Assembly: GCA_030141605.1 (NCBI GenBank)
Contig: JAQGDQ010000994.1
Span: 7,969 to 71,968, forward strand
Source: Tubiluchus corallicola
Lineage: Eukaryota; Animalia; Priapulida
Length of the DNA stretch: 64,000 bases
Reading direction: 5' to 3'
Part shown: positions 1-11,212 of the stretch, piece by piece
Layout of the letters: the number at the start of each line of letters is the position of its first letter
Numbering within the stretch: the stretch's first letter is position 1
Program-made: the position numbers and the translations under genes
The notes under the pieces: model-generated
Told to the model about the DNA's origin: nothing
The model's input: the letters and a program-made list of their open reading frames with translations, nothing else
Databases searched by the model: none

Positions 1-524
1 CGAAATTTTTGTTTCGGTTTGCCAATAATTGCGCTTTCTGTTTCGGTGGCAATCTACCGTGCTGACGACTGTAAGGTTTCTGGGTCTCCAGGCCCAATCA
101 ACCTAAATATCAGACCTGTTTGAATTTACTTGAGCAAAATCACGTTTAATTTTTAATTTATGAAAACATACGCAACAAATTTGTTTATTTCTAATGAAGT
201 ATTATAATCTTTGAATATTAATCATTAAGGAAACTTAAATCCAAAAACATTTTGACACATTTTCACACTCTATCAAACTTGAGGTTCTATACTATAAACC
301 TTTGTTCTATTTATTTATAGAACGTTTATCGGTAATTTTGCATCACAGCAAAAAAAGCAAACAAACAAGAAACAGAATTTCTTTTTTAGCCTTTTCTTTT
401 TTCAGTTTTAATAGTTGTTGATTTTACAAAAATGTTTCGGTATTTGGTTCTTACGTTTCATAAATTTCGGTTTGTAAATTCAGTTTCGATAACATCCCTG
501 ACCATTTTCAAACTTGAAAGTCTG

Positions 525-1525
525 TAATGTGTGCGTAATGTGCACATAATGTGCGTAATATGCGTATTGTGGGTAATATGCGTATTGTGGGTAATGTGCG
601 TACTGTGGGTAATGTACATAATGTGTGTAATGTGTGCATAATGTGTATATTGTGGGTAATGTGCATAATGTGCGTACTGTGGGTAATGTACATAATGTGT
701 GTAATGTGTGTATAATGTGTATATTGTGGGTAATGTGCATAATGTGTGTATTGTGGGTAATGTGCGTAATGTGTGTATTGTGGGTAATGTGCGTAATGTG
801 GGTAATGTGCGTAATGTGTGTATTGTGCGTAATGTGTGTATTGTGGGTAATGTGCGTATTGTGGGTAATGTGCGTACTGTGGGTAATGTACATAATGTGT
901 GTAATGTGTGCATAATGTGTGTATTGTGGGTAATGTGCGTAATGTGTGTATTGTGGGTAATGTGCGTATTGTGGGTAATGTGCATAATGTGTGGGTAATG
1001 TGCGTATTGTGGGTAATGTGTGTATTGTGGGTAATGTGCGTATTGTGGGTAATGTGTATAATGTGCGTAATGTGTGTATTGTGGGTAATGTGCGTATTGT
1101 GGGTAATGTGCGTATTGTGGGTAATGTGCATAATGTGTGTAATGTGTGCGTAATGTGTGTATTGTGGGTAATGTGCGTAATGTGTGTATTGTGGGTAATG
1201 TGCGTATTGTGGGTAATGTGCATAATGTGTGGGTAATGTGCGTATTGTGGGTAATGTGTGTATTGTGGGTAATGTGCGTATTGTGGGTAATGTGTATAAT
1301 GTGCGTAATGTGTGTATTGTGGGTAATGTGCGTATTGTGGGTAATGTGCGTATTGTGGGTAATGTGCATAATGTGTGTAATGTGTGCGTAATGTGTGTAT
1401 TGTGGGTAATGTGCGTATTGTGGGTAATGTGCATATTGTGCATATTGTGCGTAATGTGTGTATTGTGCATAATGTGCTTGTATTGTGCGTAATGTGTGTA
1501 TTGTGCATATTGTGCGTAATGTATG
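525..1525. repeat. TG-rich minisatellite (GTAATGTGCGTATTGTGG-type units, ~238-bp higher-order period)
   Basis: Tandem degenerate units; identical spurious ORFs recur 238 bp apart (908/1146, 991/1229). Confidence 0.95.
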
Positions 1526-1543
1526 TACTTTTAACATCTTTAG

Positions 1544-1701
1544 AAGCTGCTGCGTTTCACCAATCATGATCATTCTGATTACGAATTGTTGCAATCAACG
1601 CAAGACTGTCTGAAAGAATTCTTGCTGAGAATGAATTCACTAATGGATCGGTGCTGTCAGCTCATGCCGGTGCCTACTCACGGTACTCCGCACCCTATAA
1701 G
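1544..1701 (+). CDS. RhoGEF (DH domain C-terminal end) gene, internal exon
   Basis: tttag|AAG...ATAAG|gtaggt; KLLRFTNHDHSDYELLQSTQDCLKEFLLRMN resembles the DH-domain end motif (LLKxTxxxHxDYxxLxxA); phase 2 end matches next exon. Confidence 0.75.
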
Positions 1702-2424
1702 GTAGGTGTTACTAAAACTGTTTGAGGTGTGTTGATGGATTAAACACATATCGGGTGGCACAGAAAAAACGTGCCAAAGCTTACCCTGCAATAACATTAG
1801 AAGGAAGCCCTTTGCAACATTGAAATTTCAAATTTCAGAGCTTTTTGCTGCGAAAAGTTATGAGATGATAGCTTTAGTAATTTTCAAGTTATGGCTGAAT
1901 TTCTTTTGCATATTAAAAATTTATATGCCAATCTTGCCAGAACAATGTCATCTATACTCATCATCTGAAAAATAGCCACGTTGATTTATTTAAAGCGCTC
2001 AATAGATGGCAGCAAAATAATAAAAAAACAAACAGCTTAAATCATGGGCTTTAACGTAGTAAATAAAGCACTGATGAAGACCTGCTGCCAAGGAAAAATG
2101 GTACTTCATCCTATGAACCGGAGTATCTTGAATTCCCAGAAAAAGCACGTATGACCAGCATTTGATGGAGAAGAAAAGAGGAAAATTGTTGAGTAGTGGG
2201 AGCAAGTACACCTTGAGAAATGAGAAACTTTGTCACCTGTTGGAAGAAATGTCTTCGTCAAGTTTGCAGTGAAAATGGCGGACACACGAACAGTACTTGC
2301 TGTAACATTGTGATGCACAAACATTTTTCCCGCATTTATTTTTTTGATTTGCTGATTTAAAACTTTTGTGTCTTAGGAAAGTTCCTAGGGAATCACCTAG
2401 AATTTTTGTGTTTACACATAAACC

Positions 2425-2863
2425 GTCCCATATATACGATGTCCCTTATAGCCGACGTTGAGTCAGACCGAGGGTGTGTCTAGACCTGTACTTTCCTGTA
2501 TTTTTACCCATATTTTTATGGATTATTGCTACACATTCAGTGCAAACGGTATGTAGGAAGCTCTTCAATGATGCGAGATGTATGTGAGACGGCGGAAACC
2601 GAGCTGTTTGAAGGCCGGGTTTGCACAAAATTGAGGTTAAAAATCAATCAATTTCACTTTGATCATAGGGTCCCTTATATACAAGGTAATTTACCTGGGT
2701 TTCTATTACGTGGGACCTGAAGATATCGTCCCTTATAACCGAAAGTCCGTGATATCCGAGTTCCTTATATACGAAGATTTTTACATAGGAAAAACGTTAT
2801 GAAAAATCGGGATCAGTGTTGGTGGTCCCTTATAAGTGAGTACCTTATACCCGAGGTTGACAG
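2425..2863. mobile_element. pogo/Tigger-like MITE, copy lacking left TIR
   Basis: Homologous to 47004-47460; ends CCGAGGTTGACAG-TA. Confidence 0.75.
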
Positions 2864-2874
2864 TAGTCATATTA

Positions 2875-3100
2875 TATACTACAGAATAGTATATAATACT
2901 AGTATACATAGTATATAATACTAGTATACATAATATATAATACTAGTATATATAGTATATAATACTAGTATACATAGTATACAATACTAGTATACATAGT
3001 GTATAATACTGGTATATATAGTATATAATATTAGTATACATAGTATATAATACTAGTATATATAGTATATAAGTACTATAAGTATATTAGTATATACTAA
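2875..3100. repeat. AT-rich ~22-bp minisatellite (TACTAGTATACATAGTATATAA)
   Basis: Direct tandem units. Confidence 0.85.
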
Positions 3101-3267
3101 TAGTATTTAATACTCGTATTGCATGCGAGTATTTCAGTCGATTAAACGTGGGAATGTTTAAAATCAAGAGCTAGAACACAACAGAAGAAAACAAATACAA
3201 ATTTAAATTAAGCAAATTAAGACAGTTTGTCCTTTATAATAATAAAAAGTTGAGGAGGATACAAGCA

Positions 3268-3531
3268 GGCTGCAAGAGATGGAACCAAGATGGCTGCAAG
3301 AGATGCAACCAAGATGGCTGCAAGAGATGGAACCAAGATGGCTGCAAGAGATGGAACCAAGATGGCTGCAAGAGATGGAACCAAGATGGCTGCAAGAGAT
3401 GGAACCAAGATGGCTGCAAGAGATGCAACCAAGATGGCTGCAAGAGATGGAACCAAGATGGCTGCAAGAGATGGAACCAAGATGGCTGCAAGAGATGGAA
3501 CCAAGATGGCTGCAAGAGATGGAACCAAGAT
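3268..3531. repeat. 24-bp minisatellite x11 (GGCTGCAAGAGATGGAACCAAGAT)
   Basis: Near-perfect tandem units. Confidence 0.95.
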
Positions 3532-4029
3532 ATAAAAATTTTCTTTTATCTTACAGCACCATCTGCATTTCGTTTCTCAGTAAATTGCTATGTACCATTA
3601 TTTTAGAATAGATCTATCGAAAATTGGGCTAAATGAACAGAGAGGCAGTATCTTTTACTGTCATCCTAAATAAAATTTAATGATTTTACGCAAAATAACA
3701 AAAGGATAGCCTTGTCTTGCAAGCTTGATGATGTTCACTACGATATTGAATCGATTTTAAAGGCACATTGATGATCAGTCTATAAAATTTCATTGCGATT
3801 TGAAAAAATAAAAACAATAGACGTAGATGTGTATGCCATTTATTGCATTTAAATACACACGTCTCGATAAAAAATTTCAGAATTCGTTGTGAGAAATTTG
3901 TGAAGTTTAAAAACACCTATTTTCAGAAAGCAAAGAGTTCATGAGAACGTCATGCAAAAGGAAAGGTTAAATAAAATCAATAAACGTGATCACATCAAGG
4001 GAAAAAGTTTGGATTACATTGAGCCACAA

Positions 4030-4260
4030 ATGGTGTCATTTTCACCAGACACGAGTCATTTGTTCAGGTGAGTGTAAATCATTCTACACAGACTAATGCA
4101 TAATTAAGTAAAGTCCACCTAAAACTTGATGGATACTGAACTGATGTGGCAAACGGCTTTGCGCTTCCCACATGTCATGTGATTATTGTAATTAAGACGC
4201 ATTGCTGTGATACACTTGACCTTTGACACTCAACGAAACTGCGAAAGGGCTTATGAAAAG
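4030..4260. mobile_element. Dispersed repeat, partial diverged copy of family at 7730-8125 and 27040-27430
   Basis: Shared blocks CAGACTAATGCATAATTA, CTGATGTGGCAAACGGCTTTGC, TTGACCTTTGAC. Confidence 0.55.
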
Positions 4261-4472
4261 CACTCAAAATGAAGCAACAATTTTACTAGAGTCTTAAATT
4301 TAAGATCCTAGGAACCTTACTCTAAAATTTGAAATGTTTGATGACCTGCGTGATAGAGTTTAACTTTTCAAAACAATTTGATAAAAGTGGCTAGAACACA
4401 AGTTGTCTACAAGTTGCAGTGTAGCATGGCTTTTCGAATTTTGGAAATGTCTAATGTGGTTACTTTATTTAG

Positions 4473-5192
4473 GTACACAGGCAGCAGCAACAATTCTACA
4501 AGTAGTGATGATGATGATGATGACAACAGTGGCATCAATGCTGCTGAACCAGATGTAGTGAATAAGCAAAAACTGGCATCCAAGAACGCTGTATATCCCG
4601 TGCACAGTACAAAGGACGGCGAAAAACCTCTGTCTTCCGGGAAACCCGGATTGTTTCTCCCAAACGACAACAAGGATAAGAGCAGCAGTGGTTACTTGGC
4701 ATGGAAGCTTTCACCGAAGAAAGGGTTAGCGTTCTTGCAACATTCCAGAAAGCATAAAAGCTTTGATAAACCACGAGACGATCTGGATGTATTTGCACAC
4801 AAAACAGACAACCAGGAAAAATTCCACAGCCTCCCGCGCAGCGCATCCAGTAAGGGCAGCAGGAAACATGAAACGCCATTCCAGAACTTGTTCGGAAGTT
4901 TCAAACACAGTTTCAGATCAAAAACGAAGCCGGAAGAACCGCTGAATAACGCGTCGACGCAAACTTTGAAATCGGTGGATAACATATCGGCCAGCGAACC
5001 GCCGCCGTCGCATAAAAAAAAACCGCACAGCGTCCTGCGTAAGCAACATAGCGTACCAACCGGCTGGAACGAAAATAAATCCCCGAAGAAAGCTGCAAAG
5101 GTCAAAAGGCAGAAGTCGCTCGACGCTTGTCCAGACAAGCCTGGCAAAGGATCATTGAAGAAGTCAATACGGAAATTGTTCTTCAAAAAGAG
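4473..5192 (+). CDS. RhoGEF gene, large exon encoding Ser/Lys-rich low-complexity C-terminal region
   Basis: tttatttag|G...AAAGAG|gtaatg inside ORF 4378-5196; phase 2/2 consistent with both neighbours. Confidence 0.75.
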
Positions 5193-5231
5193 GTAATGTT
5201 ATCATTTTATAACTAGTCGTGACATGCATGT

Positions 5232-5628
5232 ACACGAAATTCATGTTAACTAGCATATTAGATTTTGTGAAGCAAACTTGTCCTAAGAACAGGAAATGTG
5301 ACAAAATCAGGAATGATCCTCGATTTGAACCACGAAATTCATGTTAACTCGCATATTAGATTTTGTGAACCAAACTTGTCTTAAAAACAGGAAATGTGAC
5401 AAAACCGGGAATGATCCTCGATTTGAACCATGAAATTCATGTTAACTAGCATATTAGATTTTGTGAACCAAACTTGTCCTAAGAACAGGAAATGTGACAA
5501 AATCAGGAATGATCCTCGATTTGAACCACGAAATTCATGTTAACTCGCATATTAGCTTTTGTGAACCAAACTTGTCCTAAGAACAGGAAATGTGACAAAA
5601 TCAGGAATGATCCTCGATTTGAACCATG
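5232..5628. repeat. 99-bp tandem repeat x4
   Basis: CACGAAATTCATGTTAAC recurs at 99-bp period. Confidence 0.95.
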
Positions 5629-6356
5629 GACCTTTGTGAAGCGTTCTAGTGCAATGCTGCCTTGTTCAGATCGTGTAAATCTAGTTGAATAAGGAGACCA
5701 CGTTTCTAACCACGCAAATAGGCGACAAGAGCAAAATGAAAAATAATATGTATTTTTGGTTGTTCAGCAATTTTGTAAAATATGCATTGTTTATATTTAC
5801 ATTGTAAAATATACAATGTTACAAATAATCCATCTCTTCTTAGTCAAAGTCACAGTGAAAATGAAAGTCGATTGTTTAGTCATAACCGCTCTGCATGTGC
5901 AGCTGCTAAAGTAGATTTTAGTCTGTTAAGTAAACGTGAATCACTGTTGTACGCTTGTGTCATTCTACAGACATGCAAGTGAGCTGACTGTCCCATGTTT
6001 AATTGTCATTATAGTAATTAAGGTGAAGCGTTTATGTACTGTACTTTCCCAAATGCATATACTGGCCACTCAAGCATAGTAAAACCACCGTTTATTAAGA
6101 CCACTCATCGCCGGTCCCCTGATGGTTTTATTAAGCAGCAAATACTGAGCTACGTTACTAGAATGGCGTACCAAAGTTACGGCATTGTGTGTCATTCGTC
6201 ACAAATAAAGGTCAATGAATAATGGAGGTTAGATGCAACATTTTTCCCTTCTTGTAAAGGCTTCTAATGTGACAAGATTCTCGTTACCGGATGCTGTTTC
6301 AAGCAGCAATCTCGTTACCGGATGCTGCTCTACTGCAAATACGTATTTATTTTCAG

Positions 6357-6525
6357 GAAGAATAGATCAAGAGTTGTGGAGCTGAAAGGCGACGGTTGCC
6401 ATAGCGACGAGAGTCTGAGCGGCGGCAGCTCGTTAGAAGTTCTGCATGTGAAAACGCAAAGTCAAAACAATGACGACGAACAGTTGAGCGGAAACGAAAC
6501 TGCTGAACCACACTCACCCAGATGA
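6357..6525 (+). CDS. RhoGEF gene, last coding exon
   Basis: tttcag|G AAG AAT AGA...CCC AGA TGA; phase matches 5192 donor. Confidence 0.65.
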
Positions 6526-6530
6526 GAAAA

Positions 6531-6955
6531 GTAATTAAGCAGCAGCACAAGGTTGAATGTTGATTAATCAGCAGCAGCACAAGGTTGAATGTTGATCAAT
6601 CAGCAGCATCACAATGTTGAATGTTGATTAATCAGCAGCAGCACAAGGTTGAATGTTTATTAATAAGCAGAATCACAATGTTAAATGTTGATTAATCAGC
6701 AGCAGCAGCACAGGGTTGAATGTTGATGAATCAGCAGCAGCACAGGGTTGAATGTTGATGAATCAGCAGCAGCACAAACTTGAATGTTGATGAATCAGCA
6801 GCAGCATAAAGTTGAAAGTTGATAAATCAACAGCAGCACAAAGTTGAGTGTTGATGAATCAACAGCAGCACATAGTTGAATGTTGGTTAAGCAGCAGCAA
6901 CAGCAGCAGCACAAAGTTGAATGTTGATTAATCAGCAGCAGCACCAGGTTGAAAT
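6531..6955. repeat. ~32-bp minisatellite (AATCAGCAGCAGCACAAGGTTGAATGTTGATT)
   Basis: About 13 tandem units immediately after the stop codon. Confidence 0.9.
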
Positions 6956-7089
6956 CTAGATGATGATGAAACATGTCAACGATAATAAATGTTTCTTAAG
7001 TGTTAATTAAAATAGGCTGCAGCACGCCGCCATGTTCTCACAACTGTTTCATTTATGTAAGTTTTCTCCATTTACAAACTTTCAAACAT

Positions 7090-7272
7090 AGAGTGACATT
7101 TGCATAGCATCCCTGTGTGGATGCGTTTTGAGGGGATGTGAAATCAGTAAAATTGTTTTATATTATTTTCAATGCACCCGCTCTTGCTTTCTTTTTCTGC
7201 AGCTGTTTCCTATTGATCTTTTTCCGCAGGTGGAAAACGCATCCGCATCCGGATGCTACATAAACGCCACTT
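7090..7272. mobile_element. Small degenerate MITE-like inverted repeat
   Basis: GAGTGACATTTGCATAGCATCC...GGATGCTACATAAACGCCACTT imperfect terminal inverted repeat. Confidence 0.4.
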
Positions 7273-7729
7273 AACGTGGCAACCAACTGACCTTGAACGG
7301 AAATGAATAAAATGGCGACTGCATAATTGTTGCTGGGCGATTAATGTTTTTTAGTTTTTACTATCTTGTGTTCCCCGGGAACTTTTTGTTGCCCTCGAAC
7401 TTGCCACGGCAGCAAGGAGCAGATAAGATTTATGGAATAGGTGCTTCTCCTTCCATTTGCCAAGCATTACATATAATATGTATGGAGTAGTTTATTATTT
7501 ATATCTTTTAGTTGTTATCAATGCAATTGCTACCCAATAATTTGTATGTAAATGACTGTATCTGTTGCTTGGTTATGTGATATTTCAAATAGTTGGAAAG
7601 TTCGTAATTTTTACAGCGAAAGAAGTTATTGACACTTGCCAACGTAAGTATTACAACTTATTTAAAGTAATCAAGCATTGTTTAAAATTTCACGTACGAG
7701 CAAGTCACTTTTTACTACGGCAGCAATTT

Positions 7730-8125
7730 TTTCTAGTAAGCCTTTTCACATTCCAGAGATTGATGATGATCGTGAAAAGGTCAAAGGTTAATTGTACCAG
7801 ACAACGCATTTCTGTACACTTGACAACGCGTCGCAGCTCATGCTATTGTAATAGTAACGGTTTTAACAGCTGGCTAGAACCTTACCTAGTTCATTTTTTC
7901 TTGTTTCCAAGCAAGATTCTGCTAGTAAATCATTCTATGCAGAGACTAATGCATAATTAGGTAAAGCGCATGTAAAACATCAAGGAACGTTCCTGAGCTG
8001 ATGTGACAGACGGCTTTGCTTTACCCACATATCACGTGGCAGTTGTACTAAGACGCTTTGTCGTTGTACATTTAACCTTTGACCTACAGCAACTGCATGT
8101 GCGCACATCGAAACTGTGAAAAGGC
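7730..8125 (+). mobile_element. Dispersed repeat (unclassified), inverted copy at 27040-27430
   Basis: GATTGATGATGATCGTGAAAAGGTCAAAGGTTAA is reverse complement of 27374-27407; homology extends ~390 bp. Confidence 0.7.
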
Positions 8126-9636
8126 TGATTGCATAAATCCGGTGCCTTTTGTTCTTGTAGTGAACAAAAAGCGATCGAATTTGTCGTCATGAATGAACTT
8201 CAAAATAATTCTGTTCGCTGTTCGCTAAAACCTAACGTGGTCACTCTGATTTCTTTTCACTCGAATAGAATTTAATCTGAGATTTTTATTGTTTGTTTTC
8301 ACCAGTTTATGGTGCTCATGCGTCAGGAGAAAATCTTTCACAATTTTTGTATGCAATCGAGTTTTATTGCTGCAATTTGACTGTCTGTTAAACGTGTTGA
8401 GTTTTCCTTTAATCTGCTGTTAAATGAAATTGAAATTTTCTACTTAAATTTATACTTATCGTGTTTACTTAATCTTTGAGATACATTGCTATTGTTATAA
8501 TTTTCTCTTGTAATTGTGAATTCTTGCAAAACTTCCATGCACTTTATGTACCTTAATGTTATAAATAATGAATTTATTAAAATTACAAGCTCATGGGCTT
8601 GTATATTTTACGGTGCTCTTCGCTCTGCTAGCAAATTAGGAAAAATTTGATACAGATTTTTTTTTTAAATTTACGTACGATTCCTTGTCGCTTGTTATAA
8701 ATCATGTACGCAGATAAACGTATTCGCAAATGGTAAAAGGTTTGTTTTTATGTTAACAGAGTTAGCCATTTTACCTTGTTAGTTTTAAGCTACAATCGAT
8801 TTTACTGTGTCCTATGCAAAATTACATAGAACTGCAACGTTGCTAGACGGTTAAGTTTTAATATAGATTTTTTTTAGTTCTACTGGACTGCAGATATCAT
8901 TTCTCCGAGACGTGTGCTGCAATCTAGCGGACAAAAATTTATGCACATTTGCGAGAGCGTATTTTAACCATTAGTAACTCTGTGCCTACGTGTTTTCAAT
9001 GGTGCTTATAATTTTCCTCGTTTGTATTTATTTTTGTACCCAAATACGCATTTTAAATCTTGTTAAATTGCTCTATTTTTATTGTGATACAGAAAAATCT
9101 ATGTATTTAAGCAGCGGTCGATCATCTAAGTTTTGTTTTGAAGGAAGATAAAATTGTAACCTGCTCAGAAGTGTTATCGTTTCAGAAAAATGTGTTCATA
9201 ATTATTACAACGTTTAGACGTGTAAATGTTATCAATACTTCTACCTAATTTTTTCAATTTCTGAAACGAAATCGTTGACTATTTTGAGGAAATACAGAAC
9301 AGCCATGAAAGTTGAATAATCATCTAGTACTATTTTTGTAAAGTGGCATATAAAATTATAACTATGCAGCTTAAGAAATATTCCTTGTATTTTAGGTATC
9401 AATGTAAATACAAGTTAAAATTTCACTTCAATAAACATTGTCAAAATATTAACTATAAGCATTTTGCTTTTTGTGTTCGCAGCGTGTAGAGTAAGACCCG
9501 CTTAACGACACTGACTCAGAAAAATGTGATGTTAAGTGAAACATTGAAAAAACCATGACAAAAGTTCAATGTCACTAAACGCTACTAAACAGGGAGCCAT
9601 TATGCCAGAGCTTACTGTGCCTTGAATCATTTGAGA

Positions 9637-10300
9637 AATCTGTTACGTGTCCTCTCGTGAATGTGTCAAACTTGGGAGGTGTTTAAATCACCGAGGCTCC
9701 TGTATCTTGGGGGGTCTAAGAATTTGAAAAACAATCTGTTACGTGTCCTCTCATGAACATGTCAAATTTGGGAGGTGTTTAAATCACCGAGGCTCCTGTA
9801 TCTTGGGGGGTCTAAGAATTTGAAAAACAATCTGTTACGTGTCCTCTCGTGAACATGTCAAATTTGGGAGGTGTTTAAATCACCGAGGCTCCTGTATCTT
9901 GGGGGGTCTAAGAATTTGAAAAACAATCTGTTACGTGTCCTCTCATGAACGTGTCAAATTTGGGAGGTGTTTAAATCACCGAGGCTCCTGTATCTTGGGG
10001 GGTCTAAGAATTTGAAAAACAATCTGTTACGTGTCCTCTCATGAACATGTCAAATTTGGGAGGTGTTTAAATCACCGAGGCTCCTGTATCTCGGGGGGTC
10101 TAAGAATTTGAAAAACAATCTGTTACGTGTGCTCTCGTGAACATGTCAAATTTGGGAGGTGTTTAAATCACCGAGGCTCCTGTATCTTGGGGGGTCTAAG
10201 AATTTGAAAAACAATCTGTTACGTGTCCTCTCGTGAACGTGTCAAACTTGGGAGGCGTTTAAATCACGGAGGCTCCTGTATCTCGGGGGTCTAAGAATTT
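9637..10300. repeat. 97-bp tandem repeat x7
   Basis: AATCTGTTACGTGTCCTCTC recurs at 97-bp period. Confidence 0.95.
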
Positions 10301-10467
10301 TGACAAACATTTTCAAAGTGAAGTTTGCACCAAAATGACAAGAAATCAAAAATATGCTTCTATTCCATTGTTCTGTTTACATTAAATACTAAAACATGAC
10401 CATACGAATCTAATCTTAATTTTAAAGTATTCAAATATTGACTTGCAAAAAAACAAAACATGTTTAA

Positions 10468-10773
10468 CCCTTTCATACATGTTTTCTGCCTTTAAAATTA
10501 ATAAAATTTTAAAACTGACAGTTATTTGATCTGTTAATAGTTATTTTGATTTAAGCCAATAACAATAGACTAAAAATGGTAATAAAATGGCAAACTAGAA
10601 AATCTACACAGCACAAAAAACTGCTCAAGGTACAGTACTTTAGAGACGACTTTGTACAGATCAGCATAGCGTGCATACTAAATGTCTTAAATACTTTAAA
10701 AAATTATCAGCAGTTGCAAAATGAAGCACATTTTTTGCTTTTGTTGTTTTTAAAAAAGTCGGGACTGAAAGGG
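10468..10773. mobile_element. piggyBac-like MITE
   Basis: TTAA|CCCTTTCA...TGAAAGGG|TTAA; only 8-bp TIR visible. Confidence 0.45.
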
Positions 10774-11044
10774 TTAATTTGATTTTCATTTCTTAGCGAA
10801 TAAGAGGAATACTGCAAAGATGGATAAATATGTAGACAAATTACTTAGCATAAATATACAGAGAAAACAAATAAACTACATTCTAAAAAAATATCACAGT
10901 CTGAGAAACACAGGTGAATATGAATTTGGTTCCTTTTGTCAAAATTTGAAGCTTCTTTGGCAAACAGATTCAATCGGGGACGAAGTTCCCAATATCTGTG
11001 CCACCTAGCGGAGATTTTAAGAACTAGCACCCGTGGAGATCAAC

Positions 11045-11212
11045 CTAATTCTCCTTCTCAATGTTTGAAGATTCTTTGGCGAGTAGATTTGGATCGGAAT
11101 CGAATTTCGCGATTTCGGCGCCGCCTAGTCGAGATTTCAGGAACTCGACTTCGAAAGAGAGCGTCTTTTTCTCCTGAACAAGATGATTTTGGTAATTGAG
11201 CAACTCGGTTAT
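11045..11212 (-). CDS. SDCCAG8: SDCCAG8 last coding exon
   Basis: tttcag|[29 protein letters not shown]...EKEN*. Confidence 0.8.
   Translation of the reverse strand: MTELLNYQNHLVQEKKTLSFEVEFLKSRLGGAEIAKFDSDPNLLAKESSNIEKEN

Noticed and set aside
1-500. Possible hAT right end (ACATCCCTG with TTTCGG subrepeats)
   Set aside because: Other end outside window; TIR/TSD cannot be verified
458-1594. Long ORFs in several frames (His/Thr-rich)
   Set aside because: Translation of a stop-free minisatellite in an intron
3217-3611. Repeat proteins (VPSLAAIL, MEPRWLQE)
   Set aside because: 24-bp minisatellite open in multiple frames
9637-10300. CRISPR-like regular repeats (also 5232, 15400, 20024, 27791)
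   Set aside because: No unique spacers, no cas genes, eukaryotic context
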